64,000 bases of DNA from Candidatus Falkowbacteria bacterium (GCA_026396805.1 JAPLVZ010000012.1:8127-72126), one strand, 5' to 3'; positions 52,063 to 62,262 are shown, numbered from the stretch's first letter. The notes: generated by a model not told the origin, from the letters alone. Numbers and translations: made by a program.

Positions 52063-53190
52063 ATGATTAACTGTGAAAAATTCTATCAATATTTATTAGA
52101 AAAAAATATAAATTTTTTTACCGGCGTTCCGGACTCTCTTTTGAAAGATTTTTGTTCTTATATTATGGATAACGCCGGACAGAACCATGTAATTAGCGCT
52201 AATGAAGGGAATGCCGTGGCCTTAGCGGCCGGACATTATTTAGCTTCCGGGAATATTGGCTTAGTCTATATGCAAAATTCCGGCATTGGGAATGCTATTA
52301 ATCCTTTAGCATCGCTCGTTGACCCGGAGGTATATAGTATACCCGTCTTAATGATAGTCGGTTGGCGCGGCGAGCCTAATGTCAAGGATGAACCCCAGCA
52401 TATCAAGCAGGGGAAAGTTACTACCGGTCTATTCGATGCCTTATCTATTCCTTATGATATTTTACCCGCCTCTTTAGATGAAGCCAAAGTTTGTTTAGAT
52501 AAGGCTTGTAATTATATGCGTGAGAACAGTTCCCCCTACGTTATTATCATCAAAAAAGATACCTTTGAAAAATATTCTTTACAGAATAAAATAAAAAATA
52601 ATTATCCGGTATCCAGAGAAGAGGCGATTAAACGTATCGTAGATACCTTATCGCCAGAAGATATTATAGTTTCTACGACCGGCAAGGCCTCGCGTGAACT
52701 CTTTGAATACCGGGATTATTTACATCAAGGGCATGATAAAGATTTTTTGACTGTCGGCTCAATGGGCCATTCTTCCCAAGTAGCGCTGGGCATCGCTCTG
52801 GAAAAGAAGAACAGAAAAGTTTATTGTTTGGATGGTGACGGAGCGGCGATTATGCATATGGGCGCCTGGGCGATTATCGGCTCAAAAGCGCCGGAAAATT
52901 TCCGTCATATAATCTTGAATAATGGCTGTCATGAATCAGTCGGCGGCCAGCCGACGGCGGGATTTAGCATTAATATGCAGATGTTGGCCCAGGCTTGCGG
53001 TTATAAAAATATTTATCTGGCCGAGACTTTAGAAGAAATTGAAAGTAAAATTAATTTACTAAAAAATAGCGTCGGGCCGTCTTTACTGGAGATAAGAATA
53101 AACAGCTCATCTCGAGAAAATTTAGGCCGACCCAACATTAGCCCGGTCGATAATAAAAAAGATTTTATAAAATTTATTCGAAATAGTTAA
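52063..53190 (+). CDS. aepY: Phosphonopyruvate decarboxylase
   Basis: GVPDSLLK, NEGNA, YMQNSGIGN, DEPQH, STTGKASRE, VGSMGH, ThDP motif DGDGA...NN, SVGGQ. Confidence 0.96.
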   Translation: MINCEKFYQYLLEKNINFFTGVPDSLLKDFCSYIMDNAGQNHVISANEGNAVALAAGHYLASGNIGLVYMQNSGIGNAINPLASLVDPEVYSIPVLMIVGWRGEPNVKDEPQHIKQGKVTTGLFDALSIPYDILPASLDEAKVCLDKACNYMRENSSPYVIIIKKDTFEKYSLQNKIKNNYPVSREEAIKRIVDTLSPEDIIVSTTGKASRELFEYRDYLHQGHDKDFLTVGSMGHSSQVALGIALEKKNRKVYCLDGDGAAIMHMGAWAIIGSKAPENFRHIILNNGCHESVGGQPTAGFSINMQMLAQACGYKNIYLAETLEEIESKINLLKNSVGPSLLEIRINSSSRENLGRPNISPVDNKKDFIKFIRNS

Positions 53191-53200
53191 GTAAGAAAAA

Positions 53201-54337
53201 ATGCCACAGAAAAATTATATTGGCATAGGCGCAATCAAAAATTTGGCCGGATATCTTCGCCAGAATAAGGTGAAGAAAGTTTTTTTAGTATCGGGAAAGA
53301 AATCTTATAAGCTTTGCGGCGCGAAAAAGATATTGGATCCGATTTTAAAAAAATATTCCGTTTTAAACTTTACTGATTTTTCGTCCAATCCGAAACTATT
53401 GGCTATTGAAAAAGGCGCGAAGTTGTTTAAAAAATATGATCCGGACTTGGTTATCGCTATCGGAGGCGGCAGCGCGATCGATATGGCTAAGGCCATAAAT
53501 ATTTTAGCCGTTCAAGACGGCAATCCGCGAGATTATGTTTTAAAAAAGAAAGAAATAACAAAATCAGGAAAAAAATTGATTGCCGTCCCCACTACGGCTG
53601 GTACGGGAAGTGAGGCAACCTGTTTCGCCGTGGTTTATATTAATAAAGTTAAATATTCTTTAAAGCATAAATTTATATTGCCAACTTGTTTTATTATCGA
53701 TCCGCGATTTACCTTTAATTTAAATCAAAAAATCACGGCCGAGACGGGCGCGGACGCCCTAGCGCAAGCAATCGAATCATATTGGAGCGTTAATTCTACG
53801 GCTGAGTCAAAAAAATATGCGGCGCGAGCGATCAGGATAATTTTAAAAAATTTATATAAAGTCGTGAATAATCCGGATCAGAAATCAAGACTGAAAATGA
53901 GCCGAGCGGCCAATCTTTCCGGAAGAGCCATAAATATAACAGAAACAACGGCTTGTCACGCTATTTCTTATCCAATTACTTCTTATTTCGGCATAGCGCA
54001 CGGGCAGGCCGTGGTTATGACTTTAAGTAGTCTTTTAAATTATAATAATTTAGTGTCTCAGGCGGATGTTTTAGACAAGCGTGGAGCGCTTTATGTTAAG
54101 AGGGTTATAAAAGATATAATTAAATTATTGGGTGCTCATAATTGTCAAAATGCTCAAGAAAAAATTGAAAGTATTTTAAAGGGAGTCGGTTTAGCTACTC
54201 GATTTCGTGAATTAAATATTTTTAGAGAAGATTTAAAAATAATTTTTAAAAATAGTTTTAATCCTGAGAGGATGAAAAATAACCCACGTTTAGTGACTAA
54301 AAAAGAATTATGGAAAATGTTATTAAATTTATTATAA
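53201..54337 (+). CDS. Iron-containing alcohol dehydrogenase, phosphonoacetaldehyde reductase type
   Basis: GGGSAIDMAK, PTTAGTGSE, DALAQAIESYWS, AINITETTACHAISYPIT, HG; directly follows pepM and ppd. Confidence 0.9.
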   Translation: MPQKNYIGIGAIKNLAGYLRQNKVKKVFLVSGKKSYKLCGAKKILDPILKKYSVLNFTDFSSNPKLLAIEKGAKLFKKYDPDLVIAIGGGSAIDMAKAINILAVQDGNPRDYVLKKKEITKSGKKLIAVPTTAGTGSEATCFAVVYINKVKYSLKHKFILPTCFIIDPRFTFNLNQKITAETGADALAQAIESYWSVNSTAESKKYAARAIRIILKNLYKVVNNPDQKSRLKMSRAANLSGRAINITETTACHAISYPITSYFGIAHGQAVVMTLSSLLNYNNLVSQADVLDKRGALYVKRVIKDIIKLLGAHNCQNAQEKIESILKGVGLATRFRELNIFREDLKIIFKNSFNPERMKNNPRLVTKKELWKMLLNLL

Positions 54338-54502
54338 ATTAGAACTGGGGGTGGGATTTTGTGAGGAGGAAGAAAGATTTGATAGAGGTTGAGGAGGTTA
54401 GTGTTATTGAAGGTTAGGGGGTGGCGCTATGTGTCCGCTTGAGGGTCTGAGATGGTGCTGGGCGATTGTTTACGCAAGATAGGACTAAATTACATCAAAT
54501 TT

Positions 54503-55243
54503 ATGACTAATACTTACAAAATTAAAGATAAACTATTAATAATTGGCGACGGTCGTTATAGTAATGAAGAAATCATGGCATTATACAGAGAAATAGAAAA
54601 TCACATTTTTCGTTCGGAATTTAATGAAGATTTAAATGCTTGTCTTGATGATTGCTTACATAAGATTAAAGCAACCTGGTATCATCTTTCTACTATTAAA
54701 CAAGAGGTTGAAGAAATAATGACGCACCCGAAACATTATTTGCAGCAACAAGTTTTTCAGTCTTATCCAAAAATAGAATTTCAAGATAATCGTCTTATTT
54801 ATGAGATAGAAGCTTTTTTATTTCAGGTAAAAAGTAATTTGGATATTATCGTACAAGTCCTAACTTTCTTTTATCCTAATTTAAAAAGTGAAAATGCCGA
54901 TAGGCCTAATGGTTTTGATGGTAAAAAGAGGCTAGCTGGTTACAAAACAATTGAAAAGTTAACGACAGCTGGAGAGGCTAGATTAGCTGATTATTTTAAA
55001 GGGGAGGTAAGTGATTGGATTCAAGAAATGGTTGATTTGCGTAATACTGTCACTCACAAAACTCAACTGGAAAACTACCAGTCATTTTTAATAACGGAAA
55101 TGTTATCTAACGAGCTTGAAATAAAAACACCACTAATGCCTTCGGGGCAAAAAGTGGAAGTTTATTGTCAATTAGTTTTTGATAAATTATTAAATTTTTA
55201 TCGGACAGTGTTTGTAGATATTATTGGCGAATATAAAAAATAG
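54503..55243 (+). CDS. Hypothetical protein with HEPN-like Rx4H motif
   Basis: Helical protein, EAFLFQVKSNLD and LRNTVTH. Confidence 0.55.
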   Translation: MTNTYKIKDKLLIIGDGRYSNEEIMALYREIENHIFRSEFNEDLNACLDDCLHKIKATWYHLSTIKQEVEEIMTHPKHYLQQQVFQSYPKIEFQDNRLIYEIEAFLFQVKSNLDIIVQVLTFFYPNLKSENADRPNGFDGKKRLAGYKTIEKLTTAGEARLADYFKGEVSDWIQEMVDLRNTVTHKTQLENYQSFLITEMLSNELEIKTPLMPSGQKVEVYCQLVFDKLLNFYRTVFVDIIGEYKK

Positions 55244-55373
55244 TAAATTTAGAAGAATAAAGTGAAAAATTATAAAATAGAAGAAATAGAAACAGATCCT
55301 TCGCTCCGCTCAACTCGCCTCGCTTCGCTGGCGAAGCGGGAATGGCAAAGAAAGATTTTATAAAAACTTTATA

Positions 55374-55424
55374 AATATTTTATTTAATATTAGCCTTGAT
55401 AATGATTATTAAACCTGCTATAAT
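55374..55424 (+). promoter_or_regulatory. Promoter block, repeated at 62206-62256
   Basis: AATATTTTAT(T/C)TAATATTAGCCTTGATAAT; TTGATA-17-TATAAT here and TTGATA-17-TATATT in the second copy. Confidence 0.7.
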
Positions 55425-55453
55425 CAGGTGATAATAATTAATTATCTAAATTT

Positions 55454-56161
55454 ATGGCTAAAAATGACAAACAAAATGAAATTAATAAAATAGTCTTGTT
55501 TAAAGGGCAAAAGATTAGGCGAATTATTTTTAATGATGAATGGTGGTTTTCTGTTGTTGATGTTTGCGGAGTGTTGGTGGAAAGTACAAACGCTAGAGAT
55601 TATTGGTATAGAGTAAAAAGTAGAGTTGAAGATGAAGAAAAACTTCAACTGTCGACAATTTGTCGACAGTTGAAGTTAGAGTCGCCTGACGGCAAAATGC
55701 GTGAAACCGATTGCGCAAATACCGAAGGATTATTCCGTATTATTCAGTCTATCCCTTCGCCGAAAGCTGAACCGTTTAAACGTTGGTTGGCTAAGGTCGG
55801 CTATGAGCGAGTTCAAGAAATTCAAGATCCAGAATTAGCGACTAAAAGAACTAGAGAACTCTATAAGCTAAAGGGTTATAGCGATTCCTGGATTGAAAAG
55901 CGGCTGCGCGGTATCGCTATTCGCGAAGAATTAACTGATGAATGGAAAAATAGAGGGGCGAGAGAAAAAAAGGATTATGAAATTTTAACGGCGGAAATAT
56001 CAAAAGCGACTTTTGGATTAACCCCGGTTCAGTACAAAAAAGTTAAGAGTCTGGGCAAAGAGAATTTGCGCGATCATATGGAAGATATTGAAAAACAATC
56101 TGACGCTAAAGTTGCCAGTTCGAATAATTTTTTAGGGCGGAAAAATCACCAGCTAGAATGA
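55454..56161 (+). CDS. Bro-N domain protein with an apparent in-frame C-terminal deletion
   Basis: WWFSVVDV, DGKMRETDCANTEG, RIIQSIPSPKAEPFKRWLA, NLRDHM. Confidence 0.85.
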   Translation: MAKNDKQNEINKIVLFKGQKIRRIIFNDEWWFSVVDVCGVLVESTNARDYWYRVKSRVEDEEKLQLSTICRQLKLESPDGKMRETDCANTEGLFRIIQSIPSPKAEPFKRWLAKVGYERVQEIQDPELATKRTRELYKLKGYSDSWIEKRLRGIAIREELTDEWKNRGAREKKDYEILTAEISKATFGLTPVQYKKVKSLGKENLRDHMEDIEKQSDAKVASSNNFLGRKNHQLE

Positions 56162-56203
56162 AGAGGAAATTGTTTAAGCGATAATAATTAATTATCTGAA
56201 TTT

Positions 56204-57046
56204 ATGGCTAAAAATTTTAACAAAAACGTCGATAAGAACATCGCCTTATTTGGAAATGATCCGGTCCGTAGAATATGGGATGAAAAGGAAGAACGATGGT
56301 ATTTTAGCGTCGTAGACGTGGTACGAGTTCTCGCGGATAGTTCTCGGCCCGACGCTTACTGGGTCGCGATGAAAGCTCGGGTAAAAAGTGATGATGGAAT
56401 TCAGTTATCTACAATTTGTAGGCAACTGAAGCTGGAGGCTTCTGATGGTAAAAGATATCAGACTGATTGCGCTAATACCGAAGGCGTACTTCGTATCATT
56501 CAATCAATCCCTTCCCCTAAAGCCGAACCCTTTAAGCGCTGGCTGGCTAAGGTCGGACAGGAACGGATACGGGAGATAAACGATCCGGAGATTGCTTTAA
56601 ACCGTTCTCGGGAGCTTTGGCAAAAGCATGGCCGAAGCGAGTCGTGGATTCAACGAAGGATGATGGGGCAAGAAACTAGAAATAAACTGACTGATTATTG
56701 GAGCGAACACGATGTTAAAAAGGGTGATGAGTTTGCGATTCTGACTAATATTATCCACGAAGAATGGAGTGATTTATCGGTGAAAAAGCATAAAGATTTG
56801 AAAGGTTTGAAAACGCAGAATTTACGCGACCACATGAGCGAAGAAGAATTAATTTTCTCCGCCTTAGCCGAAATGTCTACTAGAAAAATCGCGGAAACGG
56901 AACAGACTGCCGGTCTGGAGGCTAATAAAATTCCTGCCAAGAAAGGCGGCAAAATCGCGAAAGATGCGAGAACTGCTTTAGAAGAGAAAACCGGCCAAAG
57001 CGTGATTACCGGTCGGAACTTTTTACCGAAGTTAAAAAATAAATAA
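56204..57046 (+). CDS. Bro-N domain protein (tandem paralog)
   Basis: WYFSVVDV, DGKRYQTDCANTEG, IIQSIPSPKAEPFKRWLA, NLRDHM, KKGGKIA. Confidence 0.88.
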   Translation: MAKNFNKNVDKNIALFGNDPVRRIWDEKEERWYFSVVDVVRVLADSSRPDAYWVAMKARVKSDDGIQLSTICRQLKLEASDGKRYQTDCANTEGVLRIIQSIPSPKAEPFKRWLAKVGQERIREINDPEIALNRSRELWQKHGRSESWIQRRMMGQETRNKLTDYWSEHDVKKGDEFAILTNIIHEEWSDLSVKKHKDLKGLKTQNLRDHMSEEELIFSALAEMSTRKIAETEQTAGLEANKIPAKKGGKIAKDARTALEEKTGQSVITGRNFLPKLKNK

Positions 57047-57076
57047 AGAAAATAATTTATAAATTAATCACGCCGA

Positions 57077-58756
57077 ATGAACTTATTAAATAAACTAAAA
57101 CTTAATCGTCTTTCGGCCTCTTTCTGGGGCTATGTTTTGGTTATTTTAGCGATCGTTTTGCCTTGGTTTTTAAGATCCGGCTATCTATTCTTGACCGATA
57201 ATGTCTGGGGGCCGATTATTAAGCTTGATTGGACCGGCTCCTGGTTCTTCCTTAAGCTTTTGCTTTCGGGCTTATCTTTTATTTTTCCGGTTGATTTTTT
57301 GGAAAAGATTTTTATCAGCGGCGTTTTAGTTCTAATTTTACTGGGCGGCCGGATGTTCGTTAAAGCGGTAACTTCGACGGTATCCCCGGGTCTGGTTTTT
57401 GTTCTGAGTTTATTCGCCCTGTTCAATCCTTTTGTTTACGATCGAGCGCTTTACGGTCAATCCGGCGTTCTTATCGCTTACGGCTTTTTATTATTTGCTG
57501 TCGCCTATTTATTAAGAACTTGGCGAACTTTAGATTTTAAGAATCTGCGTCTCGCCGCGGTTTTTAGCGCTTTAGTTTTAATGTTTGCCGTCCATTTTAT
57601 TTTTTTTCTTACCCCTTTTTGTTTATTATTTTTAATCGGGATGTTTTTAAGGCGCCGGGAAATAAAAGCGGCGGGCGGGCTAAAGAAATTTTGGCTGGCT
57701 TTATTATTTTCTATTGTTATTGTTTTAACTATTAATGCCAATTGGCTGGTTGCTTTAACGCTCAAAGCTTCGCCTTTAGCTAATTTTGTCCAGCAGGGGA
57801 TTACCAGCCAGGATTTAGTCGCTTTTCAGACCGCGGGTAAGAATGGATTGGAGACCTTTACTAACGTTTTATTAATGTCCGGTTTCTGGGGTAAGGATCA
57901 ATATCGTTATTTCGATCTGACGACCGCGCCCGGTTGGCAAAGAAGTTTTATTCTCTTAACCCCGCTTATTTTTTATGGCGTTTACTTAAGTTTTAGAAAA
58001 CGTAGTCGCGGCGAAAAAATTTTAAGCGCCGGTTTGTTTCTTATTTTCGCTTTAGCGGTTTTTTTGGCCGTCGGAATTAAGTCGCCGGTTACGCGCGGTC
58101 TGACTATGTTCCTTTATGATCATCTGCCCTTATATAAAGGTCTGCGGGAACCGCAGAAATGGGTCGCGGTTATTATTCCGGTTTATCTTTTTTACCTGAC
58201 GCTCGGAGTGGCGCGTTTAGCGAAAGTTAAGATTATTCTTAATCATAAAATTTTAAGTGGTATATTTTTAGCCGCCGTGATTATCATGCAGGCGCCGTCC
58301 TTACTTTGGGGATTTAATCGCCAGGCTAAAGCCACGCCGTATCCTAGCGATTGGTACGAAGCCGATAATTTTTTAATTGACCGTACACCGCAGTCTTATA
58401 ACTGTGATGATAAGATTATTTTTTTACCTTGGCACGCATATATGAGTTTTAACTGGGTCGGGAAGATTATCGCTAATCCGGCCGCGACTTTTTTTTCCTG
58501 TCCGATTTTGAGCGGTACGAATATGGAATGGGGCGGAATTTATGATAATAGTCAAGATCCCGACGGTGCGGTAATCGCCACTTGGCTGGCGCTTAAAGGG
58601 CAGGGCGGCTTGCCGGCTATTTCCGGGAACGCGCCGCGCTATATTATTCTGGCGAAAGAAGTGGATTTTAATTCTTATTTATGGTTAAATAAGATTTCCT
58701 ATTTAAGCTTAATCAAAGAAACGCCGACTCTCTTAATTTATGAAGTTAAATTTTAG
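57077..58756 (+). CDS. Polytopic membrane protein, GT-C-like
   Basis: About 12 TMs, FNPFVYDR, GLREPQK; inside the glycan locus. Family is inferred. Confidence 0.6.
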   Translation: MNLLNKLKLNRLSASFWGYVLVILAIVLPWFLRSGYLFLTDNVWGPIIKLDWTGSWFFLKLLLSGLSFIFPVDFLEKIFISGVLVLILLGGRMFVKAVTSTVSPGLVFVLSLFALFNPFVYDRALYGQSGVLIAYGFLLFAVAYLLRTWRTLDFKNLRLAAVFSALVLMFAVHFIFFLTPFCLLFLIGMFLRRREIKAAGGLKKFWLALLFSIVIVLTINANWLVALTLKASPLANFVQQGITSQDLVAFQTAGKNGLETFTNVLLMSGFWGKDQYRYFDLTTAPGWQRSFILLTPLIFYGVYLSFRKRSRGEKILSAGLFLIFALAVFLAVGIKSPVTRGLTMFLYDHLPLYKGLREPQKWVAVIIPVYLFYLTLGVARLAKVKIILNHKILSGIFLAAVIIMQAPSLLWGFNRQAKATPYPSDWYEADNFLIDRTPQSYNCDDKIIFLPWHAYMSFNWVGKIIANPAATFFSCPILSGTNMEWGGIYDNSQDPDGAVIATWLALKGQGGLPAISGNAPRYIILAKEVDFNSYLWLNKISYLSLIKETPTLLIYEVKF

Positions 58757-60026
58757 ACAATCATTGAGCGATAAATTTATCCGGGGAACGTTCTGGCTGA
58801 CGGCCGTCAGTTTTATCAGTTCGGCTTTTAATTATTTTGTCCATCCGATTTTGACCCGCCATCTCACCATTGCCGAATATGGCGATTTTCAAGCGCTATT
58901 ATCTTTCGCTACGATTATCGGTATTATCGGCGCCGTCGTTGCTACCGTGTTGACGAAAGAAATATCGCTTCTTAACACCGCGCGCCCGGAAGAAATTAAT
59001 GCTCTGCGCCGGCGCGCCTCTTCTCGATTATTATTCGTCGGCCTAGCTGTCCTGGCTTTAATTATTATTTTTTCCGGTCCTTTAAATAATCTATTTAAAA
59101 TTAGTGAACCCGCGGTTTTGGTTATTTCTTCTTTAAGTCTGCTTTATATTTTTTCATTAGTTGTTAATCGCGCGACTTTAACCGGCGTGCAGGCTTTTTC
59201 CGCTTTATCTTTAAGCAATTTACTTGATGCCGTCGGCCGTTTAGCGCTGGTTATACTTTTAGTGGTAATTTTTCCTTGGGGACTTTTGGGCGCCGCCTAT
59301 TCTTTGAGTTTTGCTAGCCTGGCCGCTTTTCTAATCAGTTTCTGGCAGATTAAAAAATTAAAATTGCCAGCGGCCGTCGCCGGTTTTAAGCCATCACTCC
59401 GAACTATGTGGCGTTACGCTTTACTTGTTTTATGGTTCACGGCTCTTTATCAGTTTTTCTATAATTTCGACATGCTTCTAGTCAAATCATTTTTCAGTCC
59501 GGAAGAAGCCGGGCTGTACGGGGCGCTGCTCACTATCGGTCGGATTATTTATTTTGTGGGCGGCTCTATACCATTAGTGATGTTTCCGGTTTTAGCCGGC
59601 CTGCAAGGCGATAAGAGTTCACGGCGCTATAAAGTTTTAGGGAAGTCATTATTATTAATGTCCGGCCTGACTATTCCCGCTTATCTCATAATCTCTCTCT
59701 GGCCGGAATTTATTATTAGAATCGTTGTCGGAGTTAAGTATTTAAGCATCGCGCCATATTTGCCGGGTTTCGCTTTGGTTATGCTGTTTTTAACTTTATT
59801 AATGGTTTTGTCTCAATACTTTTTAGCTTTGGCCAAACGTCGCGGCTTAGTCGTTTTAACCTTAGCCGCGTTAGGGGAAATTATTTTGTTAATGTTCTGG
59901 CATGATAATATTTTTGAAATTATTCGCTCGCTCGGTTTGGTTTTCGGCGGGGCGTCACTGGCGCTGATTATTCTGCTTGTTTCTGATTTCCGGCGCGCCC
60001 GGGCATTAGAGCGAAAATATGAATAA
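58740..60026 (+). CDS. Wzx/MATE-like oligosaccharide flippase
   Basis: 12 TMs, LTRHLTIAEYG, FDMLLVKSFFSPEEAGLYG, VMFP. Confidence 0.88.
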   Translation: MKLNFRQSLSDKFIRGTFWLTAVSFISSAFNYFVHPILTRHLTIAEYGDFQALLSFATIIGIIGAVVATVLTKEISLLNTARPEEINALRRRASSRLLFVGLAVLALIIIFSGPLNNLFKISEPAVLVISSLSLLYIFSLVVNRATLTGVQAFSALSLSNLLDAVGRLALVILLVVIFPWGLLGAAYSLSFASLAAFLISFWQIKKLKLPAAVAGFKPSLRTMWRYALLVLWFTALYQFFYNFDMLLVKSFFSPEEAGLYGALLTIGRIIYFVGGSIPLVMFPVLAGLQGDKSSRRYKVLGKSLLLMSGLTIPAYLIISLWPEFIIRIVVGVKYLSIAPYLPGFALVMLFLTLLMVLSQYFLALAKRRGLVVLTLAALGEIILLMFWHDNIFEIIRSLGLVFGGASLALIILLVSDFRRARALERKYE

Positions 60027-60750
60027 AAGAATTGATTTTAAAATTTTGTGGGAAGAACTGCGTGAAAAAATCAGGGAATTTTATCCTTATTTTTTCGGTT
60101 TTTATCTTTTGTCCCTAGTGGTTTCCATTTTTTCCAAAACTTGGAAGAGCTTTTTCTATTGGCCGGCGTTTCATGGCGCGATTATTATTTTTACCGTTCT
60201 TTTTTTACTGACTTTTAAATTGAATTGGCAGCCAAATTTTAAATTAAATTTAAACTTGAAAAATCTTAAACCGCGTTTAAATTTAAAAGAAAATTATTTA
60301 TTATGGCGCGCCGTTTCTTTGAAAGTTTTTAAATTAATGATCATTTTAGCCAAAGAATTTTTTAACGTAGCCGGACGCGTAATCAAAAATTATTTTTTTT
60401 TTATTAAGAAAAAAATTTCCGCGGTCTCCAAGCGTTCCTGGTTGAAAATTATAGTTATTGTTATTTTTCTTCTCCTAGCCTTATTTGAGGGAATCGGTGT
60501 TCTTGATTTTATTGTTTTATTTTACGCTCTAATTTCTTTCCTTTTCGTTCTTGATAGCCGCGCCGCCGCCGGTCTGGCTTTGATTTTATTAGCCTCTTGT
60601 CCCTTCTGGCTGATTTTTAAGAAAGATATTTTAGCCGAAAGTGCGGCTATTTACGCTTATTATTTCCTGATTATTACGGTTCTGACGCAGATTCGGGAGC
60701 TAAAAAAAGAGAAAAACGCTTCAATTCCCGAGACTGAAGATAAAATTTAG
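60019..60750 (+). CDS. Membrane protein of unknown function
   Basis: Multiple hydrophobic segments; overlaps the flippase stop. Confidence 0.65.
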   Translation: MNKRIDFKILWEELREKIREFYPYFFGFYLLSLVVSIFSKTWKSFFYWPAFHGAIIIFTVLFLLTFKLNWQPNFKLNLNLKNLKPRLNLKENYLLWRAVSLKVFKLMIILAKEFFNVAGRVIKNYFFFIKKKISAVSKRSWLKIIVIVIFLLLALFEGIGVLDFIVLFYALISFLFVLDSRAAAGLALILLASCPFWLIFKKDILAESAAIYAYYFLIITVLTQIRELKKEKNASIPETEDKI

Positions 60751-60940
60751 AGGTCGGAGAATCGACTCCTTATTGCTTAAATGTTAGTTGTTTTGACCTG
60801 TGGATAACTCAGAGGTAAATTGTTTGTTAAAGTTAGATAAAAGTTGTATAATTAAATTATAAGTCGGATAAAAAATATTATAATTTTTGATAAATAATTA
60901 TAAAAATTACGTAATTTTGTACTTATTTATTTTTAGAACA

Positions 60941-62048
60941 ATGAACAAAATAAAAAGTTTTATTTTTTCGGAAAAGAAATTGTCAGGCGCGATTTTTGGT
61001 ATTTTAATCTTAGTCGCTTTTGCCTTTATCTTCGGTCCGAATATCTACGCGCAATTTGCTCGTAATGATGGCGGAACTACCGGCTATGGTTACGGTTATG
61101 GTTATGGTTCCGGCTATGGTATTAATGACGGTTCCTATCGTACTGGCGGTGGTAATTTAGATCAATATGATTACGGCTATGGTTTTGCCGATACTTATAC
61201 TTGGCTTCAGGGCGGATTTGGATCATGTACTGTTTCTTGTGGAAGCGGTACCCAGACTCAGACCGTAACTTGTCAAGGCAGTACCGATATAGCAGTTGCC
61301 GATTCATATTGTCTCGCTACTGTTGCAAAACCGGCTGTTTCTCAAGCTTGTAATACTCAGTCTTGCAGTTCTGGTGGCGGCGGCGGCGGTTCCTATACGC
61401 CGGCTTGCACGAGTGTGACTTATGGCGATTATGCGGCGGCCTGCTTTGCCGGCTACCAATATCGCGCTGTTACTGCCCGCACTCCGTCTCTCTGCTCCTT
61501 AACTGCGGCGCAACAGGACGCGTCCAGAAAAGTTTGCGGCGCTGTACCGGACGTGAATATAACTGGTCAAGGATTGATCAACTATCAAGATGCCAACAAC
61601 ACGGCTAACTTTATCGCTTTGGAAAAGAACTTGGTTAAGAAGATTAACAAAGCCTTAGCCAAGCGTTTAAGCGGTCGGATTCTCTTGCAGGTGGAAGAAC
61701 ATGGTGAAGCTTGGTATGTTCATCCGATTGACCTTTTGAAGTATTACCTGGGTCGTCCGGCTGATGCTTTTGCCATTATGCGGAAGTTCGGTCTCGGCGT
61801 TAGCGTTCGTTCTCGGCGTTAGCGAGAAAGATTATGCTAACTTTGCCAAAGGCACGGTTCCGGCGCGTCTCGCCGGCCGCATTCTTCTAAGAGTGCAGGC
61901 TCACGGTGAAGCTTATTATATCAATCCGGTTGATATGAAGATGAATTATATGGGTCGTCCGGCTGACGCTTTCGCTTTAATGCGGAAGTTCGGTCTGGGC
62001 ATTACCAATGCTAATTTACGTCAGATTGGCGTCGGTGAGATTAAATAA
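60941..62048 (+). CDS. Surface protein with GYG repeat, thrombospondin type-1 domain and two C-terminal repeats; frameshifted by a 19-bp duplication
   Basis: Signal/TM, GYGYGYGYG, W..GGFGSCTVSCGSGTQTQTVTC...C...P...QACNTQSC; GRILL.V..HGEA.Y..P.D....Y.GRPADAF..MRKFGLG twice across two frames. Confidence 0.8.
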
Positions 62049-62068
62049 TTGATTTGATAGTTTTGGAA

Positions 62069-62097
62069 AAAAGACCCGGGCATTGCTCGGGTCTTTT
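62069..62097 (+). terminator. Intrinsic, bidirectional-looking terminator
   Basis: AAAAGACCCGGGC-ATT-GCTCGGGTCTTTT. Confidence 0.85.
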
Positions 62098-62262
62098 GTG
62101 TTTGGGGCGGGGAAGAATATTAGCGTATCAGCCGCCGCGTTTATCTCTTAATATCAGCTTAAAACGATTTAGAAAATTTTAAGTTTTATTTATAAAGATT
62201 TTATTAATATTTTATCTAATATTAGCCTTGATAATTTCAGGTAGATTTGCTATATTGTGGGG

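Noticed and set aside
33679..54337. Fosfomycin-like antibiotic cluster (CyTase-PepM, Ppd, Fe-ADH, B12 radical SAM)
   Set aside because: No HppE epoxidase or FomA/FomB kinases seen. The radical SAM is 14 kb from pepM and the context is glycan biosynthesis. HEP methylation cannot be excluded but is unsupported.
54338..54500. G-rich, strand-skewed spacer and the ORF-track start at 54452
   Set aside because: No convincing G-quadruplex, repeat or homology was visible. ATG 54503 is the more plausible start.
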